The notes under the pieces are model-generated. The model made no database searches and had not been told where the DNA came from. It worked only from the letters and a program-made list of their open reading frames with translations. The position numbers were made by a program, and so were the translations under genes. Of a DNA stretch of 64,000 nt, positions 1 to 9,583 are shown piece after piece. Source of the stretch: an uncultured Candidatus Saccharibacteria bacterium (GTDB taxonomy: Bacteria > Patescibacteriota > Saccharimonadia > Saccharimonadales > Saccharimonadaceae); NCBI GenBank assembly GCA_947085845.1, contig CAMTXO010000002.1, forward strand, positions 234,231 to 298,230, in the 5' to 3' direction. Every line of letters starts with the position of its first letter. Positions within the stretch are counted from its first letter, which is position 1.

Positions 1-1299
1 TTCGTCTATATAACTGAGATTTGATTGCAGCCCACGTTTGCTGACTATTAGCTGAATAACACCACCAACATATGACTGAGGTACAACAATTTCGCCTTTG
101 ATCCATGGTTCGCGGATTTCAACTATTTTACTGACATCTGGTAAATCAGAGGCGGATTTTATATCTACCCCTGTTCCGTCTGCTAATGACACCTGATAAT
201 CAGTACTAGGGTTAGTAATGACTAAATCGAGATTATATTCTCTCTCTAGTCGCTCTCGCACGATATCCATGTGTAAAAGCCCCAAAAAGCCGATTCGTAC
301 GCCAAAACCCAGAACAGGGGAGTTCTCGGGCTCAAACTGCAAAGCAGAGTCGCTTAGAGAGAGTTTTTCGACAGCATCTTTGAGTTCTTGATAGTCCTGA
401 TTACTCACAGGGAAAAAACCAGCATATACAAATGGTTTGATATCTTGGTAGCCTGGAAGCATCTCTGTCGCATGAGCTCGTTTAACTGTCACTGTATCTC
501 CTACGCGAGCATCTCTGGTGGTCTTGAGGTTTGTCACAATATAGCCAATTTGGCCATTTTCGATCGCTCCATCAGCTTTCATACTAGGCGAAAGGTGTCC
601 CACCTCTAAAGCAAGACCATGCGCCTCTGTTGCAAGCATCTGTATATCGTCACCTTTTTTGATAGAGCCGTCAAAAACACGGGTATAGAGGATAACACCT
701 CTGTAATCATCATAATAGCTGTCAAATATGAGTGCCCGTGTAGCCTCATTTGAACTGCTTTTTGGTGGCTGTATCTTCTCTATAACAGCTTCTAGTACCT
801 CTGTTACGCCTTCGCCTGTTTTTGCGCTGATTTTGATGATGTCTGACTCGCTGCACCCCAGTAAATTGATGACTTCTTTGGAAACTTTGGCCACATCGCT
901 GGCTGGGAGATCTATTTTGTTCAGAACTGGGATAATTGTCAGATCAGCAGCGAGCGCTAGATAGACATTGGCCAGAGTCTGCGCCTGGATGCCCTGAGAG
1001 GCGTCAACTACCAAAACCGCTCCTTCGCACGCCTCAAGACTACGAGACACCTCGTAGCTGAAATCAACATGCCCTGGAGTGTCTATTAGATTCAAATCAC
1101 ACCCTTGGTAACGCATTTTTACAGGGGCGAGCTTGATGGTTATACCCTTTTCGCGCTCCAAATCCATACTATCAAGCAGCTGACTCTTCATATCGCGCTT
1201 TTGCACGGTGTCGGTCATTTCCATCATACGGTCAGCAAGGGTAGATTTGCCGTGGTCAATATGGGCAATAATACAAAAATTACGAATATTAGAACTCAT
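1..1299 (-). CDS. lepA: Elongation factor 4 (LepA), N-terminal ~433 aa; the gene runs off the left window edge
   Basis: Absent from the ORF track. My minus-strand translation from the ATG at 1299 reads MSSNIRNFCIIAHIDHGKSTLADRMME...NLIDTPGHVDFSYEVSRSLEACEGAVLVVDASQGIQAQT...NKIDLP. These are translational GTPase G1/G3/G4 motifs with a LepA-type N-terminus. The + strand ORFs 388-1347 are antisense noise. Confidence 0.88.
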   Translation of the reverse strand, partial: MSSNIRNFCIIAHIDHGKSTLADRMMEMTDTVQKRDMKSQLLDSMDLEREKGITIKLAPVKMRYQGCDLNLIDTPGHVDFSYEVSRSLEACEGAVLVVDASQGIQAQTLANVYLALAADLTIIPVLNKIDLPASDVAKVSKEVINLLGCSESDIIKISAKTGEGVTEVLEAVIEKIQPPKSSSNEATRALIFDSYYDDYRGVILYTRVFDGSIKKGDDIQMLATEAHGLALEVGHLSPSMKADGAIENGQIGYIVTNLKTTRDARVGDTVTVKRAHATEMLPGYQDIKPFVYAGFFPVSNQDYQELKDAVEKLSLSDSALQFEPENSPVLGFGVRIGFLGLLHMDIVRERLEREYNLDLVITNPSTDYQVSLADGTGVDIKSASDLPDVSKIVEIREPWIKGEIVVPQSYVGGVIQLIVSKRGLQSNLSYIDE

Positions 1300-1301
1300 C
1301 A

Positions 1302-2930
1302 CTACCTGCTCTTTAGTTGTCCAAAGACAATTGCATTAACCCTGTGAAGCACCGGGTCCACCTCTTTGATACTCATCAGCTTACTACAAAGAATATACAC
1401 CGATCCTGACAGTAGACAGATAATGATAAATTTAGGGAAAAGGGATATAAAGCTCTGATCAGTTGCCTGCAAACTAAAGGTGTTGACGGCGAAATAAGCA
1501 GCAACAGATGTAAAACCAGTCGCTGAAAGCATACGAGTCACTGCACCGAAGAACGAGCGATCAAGTAGCTTTGGTATACGCCTCTGCATCACTATAAACA
1601 GTATGATTACCTCGATCATTGCCACAAGAGACTGTGCCCAGGCGAGGCCATATACTCCTAGATCGAAGTGCATTGTGAAGAGTACGGCCAAGAATATATT
1701 GAGACTAATCGTAAATATCGAGATATACAGGGGTGTTTTGGTGTCTTGCTGAGCATAAAAACTGCGTGCAGCAATGTGATATACCGAACGAAATAGTATA
1801 GCAATTGTTAAAATTCCTAAAATATTGGCAATAACAGCTTCTCCTCCGTTTTTGATAAAGTGCACTAAATAACCCCTGGTAAAGAATGCTACAGCAGCCG
1901 TAGGGAGCGCTAGCCAAATAATCACCCTAATAACTGCTTGTAGTTCCTTGCGAAACAGATCCGGTCTTCCTTGTGAAAGACGTTCCGTCATTTTAGGGAA
2001 TGCGGCCGTCGAGATTGCTACGCCGATCAAAGTAATCGGTAACATATGTAAGGTTGTCGCCTGTTGATATGCACGCACTGTACCGGCCGTCATACGAGAT
2101 GCTAGGTTAGTCTCTACCAAACTATTAAAATAGTCGATACCCTGGTCAAAACTCCGAGGTGGAAGTAGCTTGAGCACTGTTTTAAACCCATGGTTTTTCC
2201 AGTGAATTTTTAATCTGTAATCAAAACCAAGCCCTATCAGACCAAACGCACTAATAATTAGTTGTAAAATTGAACCCAGAACAACACCAAGCGCAACTCC
2301 CATAATGCCACCTTCGAATACCTGCACACCGAAAATAGTAATACCGTTTGCAAATACAGTGATTCCGATAATAATTCCTATGTTGTACAGAACTGGGGCC
2401 AGGGCATAGAACACAAACCTGCCTACCGCCTGCTGCATGCTGGCGATGACTGCTGAAATAGCAAACAGGAATGGATTGATGGCAATAACTCGCATCATAC
2501 TGACAGCTAGTCCATGTCCGGATTCATCGAGGCCCGGACCAACCACATAGCTTACTAACTGATCAGCAAAGACAATAATGAGTACGCTGGCGATTAGTGT
2601 TATCAGCGCCATAAAGTTGATCATGCTGGTCGAAAGTTCCCAGGCAGATTTTTTGTTGCCGCTTGCTAGCCGTTCATTGAAAACAGGTATGAAGGTAACA
2701 CTCAGCGCCCCTGACACAAGCAAAAAGAACATGAAGTCAGGGATAGTGAAAGCAACGGTATATGCATCGATACCAACAGGGTACGTATCATAATAGTTGG
2801 CATTTAACAGACGGTCTCGGAATAGGCCGAGCAGGCTAGAAACAAGCGTCGCGCTAGCAAGTAAAGCCGCAGCCAACTGAATAGATAGCTTTTGGTTAGC
2901 TCTGGCTAAAGCAACGCTGAATCGTCCCAT
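1302..2930 (-). CDS. murJ: Lipid II flippase MurJ/MviN
   Basis: 558-aa ORF with about 14 TM segments and a MurJ-like N-terminus (LLGLFRDRLL, TVAFTIPDFMF). I prefer the internal ATG at 2930 (MGRFSVALA...) because the 2978 start overlaps ftsH by 35 nt. Confidence 0.85.
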   Translation of the reverse strand: MGRFSVALARANQKLSIQLAAALLASATLVSSLLGLFRDRLLNANYYDTYPVGIDAYTVAFTIPDFMFFLLVSGALSVTFIPVFNERLASGNKKSAWELSTSMINFMALITLIASVLIIVFADQLVSYVVGPGLDESGHGLAVSMMRVIAINPFLFAISAVIASMQQAVGRFVFYALAPVLYNIGIIIGITVFANGITIFGVQVFEGGIMGVALGVVLGSILQLIISAFGLIGLGFDYRLKIHWKNHGFKTVLKLLPPRSFDQGIDYFNSLVETNLASRMTAGTVRAYQQATTLHMLPITLIGVAISTAAFPKMTERLSQGRPDLFRKELQAVIRVIIWLALPTAAVAFFTRGYLVHFIKNGGEAVIANILGILTIAILFRSVYHIAARSFYAQQDTKTPLYISIFTISLNIFLAVLFTMHFDLGVYGLAWAQSLVAMIEVIILFIVMQRRIPKLLDRSFFGAVTRMLSATGFTSVAAYFAVNTFSLQATDQSFISLFPKFIIICLLSGSVYILCSKLMSIKEVDPVLHRVNAIVFGQLKSR

Positions 2931-2943
2931 GTAATATTCTCTC

Positions 2944-4800
2944 TTAATATAATGCGGCTTGTTTTGGCAGCACCGCACCTTTCAAAATTGAATCGATTTC
3001 TTTTTCTTCAATCGTTTCTTTTTCAAGTAATGCTTTTGTCAGCGCTTCGAGTGGTTCCGGGTTGTGTTTGAGAATTATCTCGGCACGTTTAGCAGACTCC
3101 TTGATAAGCTCGGCAACTTCAGCATCTATTTCACGAGCGGTTTCATCGCTGTATGGTCGATCTCTAACCATTCGATCAAACATCATACCACCAGCATCTT
3201 CGTGAAATACTTGGTCACGTAACTTTGTACCCATTCCCTGTTCGATGATCATATTGCGAGCAATTTCTGTTGCTTTTTGTAAATCACTACCTGCACCTGT
3301 AGTTACCCTTTCGGTGCCGTATTTAAGCTTCTCCGCAACCCTCCCACCTAGTGCACGCGCCAACACATCTTTGAATTCAACAATCGAGGTATATTTTTTG
3401 TCTTCCGGAGGCAAGAACCATGTTACACCGCCAGTTCCACCGCGTGGAATGATTGTTACTTTGTGTACCGGGTCACTGTCTGGCAACACATGACCAACTA
3501 CTGCGTGGCCAGCTTCGTGATAGGCGGTCATTTCTTTGTCGGCTTGACTCATGATGCTTGATTTTCGTTCTGGACCAATGGCTATTTTCTCAAAGGCCTC
3601 TGTCAAATCGTTATTCTGAATAGTCTTTCGGTTGTTACGAGCGGCAACAATTGCGGCTTCGTTAGCAATATTTGCGAGATCTGCACCAGATGAGCCGACA
3701 CTTTTTGCGGCTAGTGAGTTGATGTCAACACTGCTATCAACTGGCTTGTCTTTAAAGTGAACCTTTAGAATTGCTTCGCGGTCTTCCCTCTCCGGCAAGC
3801 TAATCTGCACCCGTCGATCAAAACGACCAGGGCGTAGCAATGCAGGATCTAGTACGTCGGCGCGGTTCGTTGCGGCAATAACAATAACATTTGTACCTGT
3901 TTCGAAACCATCCATCTCTACCAGTATTTGGTTGAGGGTTTGCTCTCGCTCGTCGTGTCCGCCACCCATGCCGCTACCACGCTTACGTCCAACTGCATCT
4001 ATTTCGTCAATAAAAATGATTGCGGGAGAGTTCTTTTTTGCCTTGGCAAAAAGATCACGTACACGTGAAGCACCTACACCAACAAACATTTCTACAAATT
4101 CAGAACCAGAAATACTGAAATAGGGGACACTTGCCTCGCCTGCGACAGCACGTGCGAGCATAGTTTTACCGGTTCCCGGAGGGCCAACTAGCAATACGCC
4201 TTTTGGTATTTTTGCACCAACTGACTGATATTTTTTAGGATGCTTTAGAAAGTCAACAACTTCGTATAAATCTTCTTTTGCCTCACCATTTCCGGCTATA
4301 TCGTCGAATTTTACTTTTTCTTTGTCGCTGCCATATAGTTTTGCCTTGCTGCGACCAAAGCCGAGGGCTTGGTTGCTTTGCCCTTGTGCCTGACGAAACA
4401 TGAACCAAAATAGTCCACCTATTAGAAGGATTGGCAGCAGCAAAGAGGCGATATTCCAGATCGTTGAGCTAGTATTGCTTGGTTCTTTAACTTCAACTAC
4501 CACATCAGCTTCATGACTAAGCCCTTGTTCATAGATAGAACTGCCTGTTTCTTTGTAGGATTTTTCGGTGGCTTCTTTCTTTCCGTCTGGAGTAACCTTT
4601 ATATCATTGCCTTCGATCTGTATCTTTTTAATTTTACCCTCGTTAGCACGAGTAATGACATCTGAAAAAGGAACACTCTTTAATGTATCTCGTGGAGATG
4701 CCAAACCAATAAGTGTGAGCACAAAAAGGGTTAAAATAACCCAAAAAAGAGTATTCCGAATTATTACTCCCCACTGTTTCTTGTCTTGTTTTTTTACCAT
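2944..4800 (-). CDS. ftsH: ATP-dependent zinc metalloprotease FtsH
   Basis: Walker A GPPGTGKT, Walker [13 protein letters not shown] region, and zinc motif HEAGHAV. It has an N-terminal TM segment plus a periplasmic domain. Confidence 0.96.
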   Translation of the reverse strand: MVKKQDKKQWGVIIRNTLFWVILTLFVLTLIGLASPRDTLKSVPFSDVITRANEGKIKKIQIEGNDIKVTPDGKKEATEKSYKETGSSIYEQGLSHEADVVVEVKEPSNTSSTIWNIASLLLPILLIGGLFWFMFRQAQGQSNQALGFGRSKAKLYGSDKEKVKFDDIAGNGEAKEDLYEVVDFLKHPKKYQSVGAKIPKGVLLVGPPGTGKTMLARAVAGEASVPYFSISGSEFVEMFVGVGASRVRDLFAKAKKNSPAIIFIDEIDAVGRKRGSGMGGGHDEREQTLNQILVEMDGFETGTNVIVIAATNRADVLDPALLRPGRFDRRVQISLPEREDREAILKVHFKDKPVDSSVDINSLAAKSVGSSGADLANIANEAAIVAARNNRKTIQNNDLTEAFEKIAIGPERKSSIMSQADKEMTAYHEAGHAVVGHVLPDSDPVHKVTIIPRGGTGGVTWFLPPEDKKYTSIVEFKDVLARALGGRVAEKLKYGTERVTTGAGSDLQKATEIARNMIIEQGMGTKLRDQVFHEDAGGMMFDRMVRDRPYSDETAREIDAEVAELIKESAKRAEIILKHNPEPLEALTKALLEKETIEEKEIDSILKGAVLPKQAALY

Positions 4801-4846
4801 AAACTAAGCTGCCATTTTCCCTTTCTACGCATATTTTTGACTAGTA

Positions 4847-5695
4847 TTATTTTAGCACGCCAGATATGGTTTTGTCTGTAAATAACAGGGTTTTTTCTTT
4901 TGTAATTTCGAACTTTGTTCCTGGCTTTGCAGTTTTGATAGCCATCAAGAGTCTCTTTGATTGTGGGCGAGTAAGTTGCAGCTGTGAGCGAAGTACTTCC
5001 AACGAGACACTAGTAGGCCACATTATAAAATTGTGTCTACGATCGGTAGCAAATTCAGTCGTGTGAGTATCTATCTCATCTGCCAGATCACGCTGTGACT
5101 GATACAACTGCAGAAATTGTTGTCGCTGATTTTCGTTCATTTTTGTAACAATCTTGTGGCGAATTTCGTTTCGCAGATACTTGAGATCTTGGTTCGTACT
5201 ATCCTCTACCCACCGCAAATCATTGTTTTTTGCATAATCTAAAATATCTGCCTTTGTCAGATCGAGTAGGGGTCGACCAATATATTTCGTATTTCTAAGT
5301 GAGCTAATACCTCGCCAACCAGTTCCACGGATCAAGTTAATTATGATGGTCTCTATGATGTCGTCGCTGTGATGTGCTGTGACTATTTTTAATGCATTGC
5401 GATTTTGTCGCAATTTTTTCAAAAAAGCATATCTAGCATCTCTAGCTTGTTCCTCGCTGGCATCTGGACCAAGGGCTGCTGCACCTAATTCAAATTCCAA
5501 TCCATATTTTTCTGCAAGTGTTTTGACGAACATAGCGTCATTTGCTGACTCAGCTCGAATGCCGTGATCAAAATGAGCAACTACAAGCTTGATATTACCC
5601 TGTTTGCTAAGCAAATCCAGCAATGCCACAGAGTCTACTCCGCCAGATACGGCAACAATATATTCACCTTGTACTAATTTTTCTACTGTATTCAC
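4847..5695 (-). CDS. tilS: tRNA(Ile)-lysidine synthase (short form)
   Basis: PP-loop SGGVDSVAL near the N-terminus. It sits directly downstream of ftsH, which is the common tilS-ftsH neighbourhood. Confidence 0.85.
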   Translation of the reverse strand: MNTVEKLVQGEYIVAVSGGVDSVALLDLLSKQGNIKLVVAHFDHGIRAESANDAMFVKTLAEKYGLEFELGAAALGPDASEEQARDARYAFLKKLRQNRNALKIVTAHHSDDIIETIIINLIRGTGWRGISSLRNTKYIGRPLLDLTKADILDYAKNNDLRWVEDSTNQDLKYLRNEIRHKIVTKMNENQRQQFLQLYQSQRDLADEIDTHTTEFATDRRHNFIMWPTSVSLEVLRSQLQLTRPQSKRLLMAIKTAKPGTKFEITKEKTLLFTDKTISGVLK

Positions 5696-5718
5696 TGCTA
5701 ACTATTATTCTTCGCTCT

Positions 5719-5886
5719 TTAAACCCTAATTTTTGTACCAACCCAAATACCAAATAAACCACCAACAAGTCCGCCAAGAATACTTAGACCTCCCAGGCCT
5801 GTAGGATCCCAGCCTGCCAGTATCGGTATATAGGCACCTAAAGTACCGAATATGCCCGCCATTAGTGTTAAGACCCCTTTACTCAT
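5719..5886 (-). CDS. Small glycine-rich membrane peptide (55 aa), hypothetical
   Basis: My translation is MSKGVLTLMAGIFGTLGAYIPILAGWDPTGLGGLSILGGLVGGLFGIWVGTKIRV. The length of 168 nt is in frame. It falls below the ORF-track cutoff and I see no clear SD. Confidence 0.3.
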   Translation of the reverse strand: MSKGVLTLMAGIFGTLGAYIPILAGWDPTGLGGLSILGGLVGGLFGIWVGTKIRV

Positions 5887-5901
5887 ACTAAACAGTATAC
5901 T

Positions 5902-6516
5902 CTATGCGCCACTCGGCGGTGTTTCATTGCAACTTGTCACATTTGATACAGTGTACGAGTATTTATAATAATCTCTGGTAGCAAGATATGGCGTTGGGTT
6001 ATTGCCTCCGATATTAACTTGATTGCAGTAATAGAAATGTTGATTTGGCATCTCACGAAAACCAATCCGACGATACATTAATGAATTTTGTGGTGATTCG
6101 AGCATATTCCAGGCACTAAGGAGATAGTTTACTCCGTCACTGGTATACATATAACATCCAGTTGTATTGCCGTTCACGCCCTTGTTGGTATTTGGGCTAC
6201 TTTGTGGAAGTGTAGAGCTGAGGCTCGGGACCCAATCTGCTTGGCTCGATCCTACCGCACAATTGTCATCTGTCCTGGCGATATTGCTACTGCCCAGAGC
6301 TGATGCTCCGGTTGAAGGATATACGCCGTTGTCGGCATAATATAGCTCGATTTGCTTGTGGACATTTCTAATATCGGTTGCAATATCTGTCGCTTTTGCA
6401 CGAGACTGTATGCCGTTATATCCAATGATTATCAAAGCTGCAAGAATACCAATGATAACGATAACTACTAGTAGTTCTACAATTGTAAACCCTCTATTAT
6501 TAGTCATAAAGCTCAT
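5902..6516 (-). CDS. Type IV pilin-like protein (prepilin N-terminal cleavage/methylation motif)
   Basis: N-terminus is ...NNRG|FTIVELLVVIVIIGILAAL: Gly-1, Phe+1, Glu+5 and a hydrophobic helix. The C-terminal globular part has Cys pairs. Confidence 0.82.
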   Translation of the reverse strand: MSFMTNNRGFTIVELLVVIVIIGILAALIIIGYNGIQSRAKATDIATDIRNVHKQIELYYADNGVYPSTGASALGSSNIARTDDNCAVGSSQADWVPSLSSTLPQSSPNTNKGVNGNTTGCYMYTSDGVNYLLSAWNMLESPQNSLMYRRIGFREMPNQHFYYCNQVNIGGNNPTPYLATRDYYKYSYTVSNVTSCNETPPSGA

Positions 6517-6562
6517 GTTATGTCTATTTTATGTACTAGTTGAAAAATGCGCAACCTTGAGT

Positions 6563-7165
6563 CTACTCTTTTGCTAAGTGTTTAAGAAACAATAGCGGAA
6601 CCAATGAAAAGATGGTTATACCGAGCACAATTGAAGGAACATGAAATAGGGTAGGGAGGATTGCTTTTTTTGCGCCGTCAACAAATGTATCTGTTATTAC
6701 AACGGTCTCATCAAATAGGGGATGGATGCTTAGTATTCTCGCCCGCTCTTGTTTTGTAAGACTAGCAATATTTTGATTAAGCGTGTTCATAGCTTCATGA
6801 AAGGCTGGATTTTTTAGATAGTAGTTTGCTCCAACGGCTTCGGGCCGACGAAGCTTTCCACAGATAAATGCGACACCTTGTATAACTTCTCCACGCCTAC
6901 TATAGGCAGCAACCGCCATGCTTGCGCCTGCACTTACACCTACTAGCGATACCTTCTGTCCACTGATTTCATGATGATCGATCAAAGCCAGTAGACGATC
7001 TAGCTTTTCAGAAAATGATTTTTTGTCAGTCCAGTTTGTTTGAAACAATATTGGTTCGACACCATATATCCTCCACCATGAGACAGCTCGTTTTTGAAAT
7101 GCAACATTGCGATCGTTGAGTCCGGTAACATATATGACTGTGTGTTCTCGCCTACTCATTTTCAC
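6563..7165 (-). CDS. Alpha/beta-hydrolase fold protein
   Basis: Nucleophile elbow GVSAG (GxSxG) in a ~200-aa protein. No further family assignment is possible by eye. Confidence 0.55.
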   Translation of the reverse strand: MKMSRREHTVIYVTGLNDRNVAFQKRAVSWWRIYGVEPILFQTNWTDKKSFSEKLDRLLALIDHHEISGQKVSLVGVSAGASMAVAAYSRRGEVIQGVAFICGKLRRPEAVGANYYLKNPAFHEAMNTLNQNIASLTKQERARILSIHPLFDETVVITDTFVDGAKKAILPTLFHVPSIVLGITIFSLVPLLFLKHLAKE

Positions 7166-7187
7166 TACTATCTTTCTATTTAAATTT

Positions 7188-7805
7188 CTATAGATTGGTT
7201 GGATTTGGCAATGCCATCACACAAAATGTTCCGCCACTACTACCGGAATATGTTTCTGAATAACCACTTGCGGGAGGAGTTGATGAGAATGTGCCGTATG
7301 GACTAAAACTAAGAATTGGCTTAGCTGAACATTGCTGCTGATAGCCATCTAGCATATATATGAGATACCAGGAATGCGTCACCCCGTCTAATGTCCACCC
7401 AGTCGCAGTATATTGAAACCAAGCACCTATGCGTGTTGAAGGACCGATATAAGGTATTGCCTTTGTACTGGGGGTAGGTAGCTCTGCAGTATTTCCAAGA
7501 TAGGGGCGTAGTAGGTTGTTCACGGTTGAGTTCTCGACGACACTTCCACCACCGCCACAGCCACTGGTATATGCCTCCCCTAGGCAAAAATTTGAGTTAG
7601 CTGGATATGCTCTATTGTCACTTGCATATTGGATCAGGGCTTTTTTGTACTGCTGAACAGTAGAGGTTGTTTGCGTATTCGAAGCTGTTCGGCGAATATT
7701 GCCATAAGTAATCATTATCAATGAAGCTAATATGCCAATGATAACGATAACGATTAAAAGTTCTACTATAGTAAACCCTTTTTGTAGGGCTGCCCGATTT
7801 CCCAT
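7188..7805 (-). CDS. Type IV pilin-like protein
   Basis: MGNRAALQKG|FTIVELLIVIVIIGILASL prepilin motif. The ORF-track start at 7907 is a TTG extension that runs through a terminator hairpin and the tRNA-derived repeat, so I use the ATG at 7805. Confidence 0.8.
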   Translation of the reverse strand: MGNRAALQKGFTIVELLIVIVIIGILASLIMITYGNIRRTASNTQTTSTVQQYKKALIQYASDNRAYPANSNFCLGEAYTSGCGGGGSVVENSTVNNLLRPYLGNTAELPTPSTKAIPYIGPSTRIGAWFQYTATGWTLDGVTHSWYLIYMLDGYQQQCSAKPILSFSPYGTFSSTPPASGYSETYSGSSGGTFCVMALPNPTNL

Positions 7806-7830
7806 ATCATAATGATAACGCTTTATACGA

Positions 7831-7856
7831 AAAAACCCAATCAATACTGATTGGGT
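7831..7856 (-). terminator. Intrinsic terminator-like hairpin
   Basis: Minus strand reads ACCCAATCA-GTAT-TGATTGGGT followed by TTTTTCG. It sits immediately after the tRNA-Met 3' fragment repeat. Confidence 0.6.
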
Positions 7857-7863
7857 GATTTCG

Positions 7864-7882
7864 TGGTAGCAGCGACAAGGAT
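7864..7882 (-). repeat. Direct repeat of the last 19 nt (including CCA) of tRNA-Met at 8042-8060
   Basis: + strand TGGTAGCAGCGACAAGGAT is identical at 7864-7882 and 8042-8060. Confidence 0.95.
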
Positions 7883-7893
7883 ATCGGCTAAAG

Positions 7894-7951
7894 CCTCCTC
7901 CGATCAAGCTTTCTCGAAGTGAACTTCTGCGAGAGCTTTCGCTACGCGAAC
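7894..7951 (-). other. Conserved ~58-nt structured core, copy A (paralog at 29855-29912)
   Basis: Minus strand reads GTTCGCGTAGCGAAAGCTCTCGCAGAAGTTCACTTCGAGAAAGCTTGATCGGAGGAG. It aligns with copy B with compensatory changes in the inner stem (GAAG/CTTC versus GGAA/TTCC). Confidence 0.7.
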
Positions 7952-8004
7952 TTTGTGACTATTTTGAGCAAGCTCAAAAGTCACAAGTTGATAACCTGAT
8001 AGCC

Positions 8005-8032
8005 AAATAAAATAGACCACCAATTGGTGATC
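8005..8032 (-). terminator. Intrinsic terminator of tRNA-Ser/tRNA-Met unit
   Basis: Minus strand GATCACC-AATT-GGTGGTC followed by TATTTTATTT. The stem contains a U-G pair that only works on the minus strand. Confidence 0.7.
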
Positions 8033-8041
8033 AATTTTATT

Positions 8042-8118
8042 TGGTAGCAGCGACAAGGATTGAACTTGTGACCTCAGGCTTATGAGTCCTGCGCTCTAAC
8101 CAACTGAGCTACGCTGCC
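8042..8118 (-). tRNA. tRNA-Met (CAU), elongator type
   Basis: Cloverleaf by hand: GGCAGCG/CGCTGCT acceptor (G1-U72), D arm GCTC..GAGC, anticodon loop CTCATAA, T arm ACAAG-TTCAATC-CTTGT, and encoded ACCA. The overall sequence resembles E. coli elongator tRNA-Met. Confidence 0.88.
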
Positions 8119-8121
8119 ACA

Positions 8122-8214
8122 TGGCGGAGGAGGAGGGATTCGAACCCTCGCACCAGGTTTCCCCGATCTAACGATTTAGCAAACCGTCCCCTTAAGCCAC
8201 TTGGGTACCCCTCC
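8122..8214 (-). tRNA. tRNA-Ser (GCU)
   Basis: Anticodon arm ACGGT-TTGCTAA-ATCGT, long variable arm, T arm GAGGG-TTCGAAT-CCCTC, and encoded CCA. Confidence 0.88.
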
Positions 8215-8284
8215 ATGAAAGCTGTGCGCTTCAAAGATTATACCACATGCAATAGGGGTGGGGGAGTAGTCCCCTGCCGCTGCC

Positions 8285-8434
8285 CTACTCTTCGTCGTCT
8301 AGATCAGCGACTGCTTCGTGTCGACGTGAAATAAATCCTTGCAACTGATCGCTAGAGCGCGCTTCGTTCCAAGTATCTAGTGCCAATACCTCTGATAGAG
8401 TAACTGGTTCAATACCTTGTGCTGTTGTTTCCAT
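8285..8434 (-). CDS. Small acidic hypothetical protein (49 aa from ATG; the ORF-track version starts at 8506 on a non-ATG codon)
   Basis: ORF only. No motif recognised and the RBS is weak. Confidence 0.25.
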   Translation of the reverse strand: METTAQGIEPVTLSEVLALDTWNEARSSDQLQGFISRRHEAVADLDDEE

Positions 8435-8594
8435 TGCTTTTATTAACCCTTTTTGTTTTTGTTTGTTGGTTATGTCTATATTCGCATAAATTAGCTTAAT
8501 TGTCAATATGATTATGGTTGTATTTTTGACTACCGTAAGCGTTTTATGATAGTCTATAGGGTGAAAACTCTATAAAAAGAAACATAACAAAAAA

Positions 8595-9299
8595 ATGATT
8601 AGTGCATCGCCTATTCTTGTCATCGCCTTCGCAGGTTTGCTGCATGCCAGCTTTCAACTTGGTGTAGCTTTGTTAACACTTCTCAGTGGTCATTCTTTGG
8701 GTGCGAATCGTTCATTCCGCAAACTAATGCGGCTTAATGTTGCATACCTACTTGGCGCGAGTGTTATCACTGTGTTACTTTTTGCTGCCCTGGCATATAT
8801 TGCTCTGGCGACAATTGGTGAAAATATACAAACTGCCTGGTTCATAGTTGCGCTGCTCAATATGGCTATAGGTGTTAGTGTTATGATATTTTATTATCGC
8901 CGAGAAAAAGGGACAGGGCTATGGATCCCCGACTCTATGGCGGAATATCTCAGCAAACGTGTTAAAAAAACTGATCATACCGCCGAAGCATTTACCTTGG
9001 GAGCCGGCTCGATATTAGCAGAGACTCCATTTTTAATAGGTCCGTTTTCAGTTGCAGTGCTTTATACCTTGACGCTTGATGGTGCTCAGTTGCAACTTTT
9101 TAGCTTGCTCATTTATAGCTTGATCGCACTAGCTCCTCTACTTGCTATCGTTAGCCTGGTTGGTGCTGGTCACAAGATTAGTCATATTCAAAAGTGGCGC
9201 GAAGAGAACAAACTTTTCCTCCAGTACTGTGCAGGTTGTGGATTGGTTATTTTGGGTGCGTTTGTCTTGGTTGATAAATTCATAGGAGCAGGTGTATGA
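8595..9299 (+). CDS. Integral membrane protein (6-7 TM), hypothetical
   Basis: Hydrophobic helices throughout. The stop overlaps the next start (ATGA). Confidence 0.55.
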   Translation: MISASPILVIAFAGLLHASFQLGVALLTLLSGHSLGANRSFRKLMRLNVAYLLGASVITVLLFAALAYIALATIGENIQTAWFIVALLNMAIGVSVMIFYYRREKGTGLWIPDSMAEYLSKRVKKTDHTAEAFTLGAGSILAETPFLIGPFSVAVLYTLTLDGAQLQLFSLLIYSLIALAPLLAIVSLVGAGHKISHIQKWREENKLFLQYCAGCGLVILGAFVLVDKFIGAGV

Positions 9300-9574
9300 A
9301 TTCATACGTAGTGAAGAGCGGTGGTCTGCATGAAAGTGAACTATTTGACCCGTTAAAATTGCACGGATCACTCATGGCGGCCTGTTTGGCAGTCCGCGCA
9401 CTTGAGGGTGAAGCTCATTTGGTTGCTCAAAAAATTACAGAAAAAGTAATTGACTGGCTAGAAACAAAGACCGAAGTAACAAGTGAAGATGTGCGGCGAG
9501 TTGCAGCAAATAACCTACAGGTATACCAACCAGAAGCTGCATATATTTATGAAACATATAAAACAATGTTATAA
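9296..9574 (+). CDS. Stand-alone ATP-cone-like domain protein
   Basis: 92 aa. V.K.GG..E.FD..KL...L..A pattern followed by a helical segment, typical of ATP-cone domains. Tentative. Confidence 0.45.
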   Translation: MNSYVVKSGGLHESELFDPLKLHGSLMAACLAVRALEGEAHLVAQKITEKVIDWLETKTEVTSEDVRRVAANNLQVYQPEAAYIYETYKTML

Positions 9575-9583
9575 GGAAAAAGA

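Noticed and set aside
7864-7882. Reading the + strand TGGTAGCAGCGACAAGGAT as a retroelement-style primer-binding site complementary to the tRNA-Met 3' end
   Set aside because: There is no reverse transcriptase or LTR-like structure. The second module (29820-29835) lacks the TGG complementary to CCA. A direct-repeat or att-type origin is more parsimonious.
7806-7907. N-terminal 34-codon extension of the pilin ORF (track start 7907)
   Set aside because: It uses a TTG start and crosses the tRNA-Met-derived repeat and a terminator hairpin. It would place 44 residues before the prepilin G|F cleavage site. The ATG at 7805 gives a normal 10-residue leader.
7863-7951. Folding the core plus tRNA fragment as a tRNA-like molecule, or reading GGAGGAG as the SD of a small ORF
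   Set aside because: An acceptor-like pairing (GUAGCG with CGCUGC) works only in copy A, not in copy B. There is no conserved start codon or conserved peptide downstream of GGAGGAG in the two copies.
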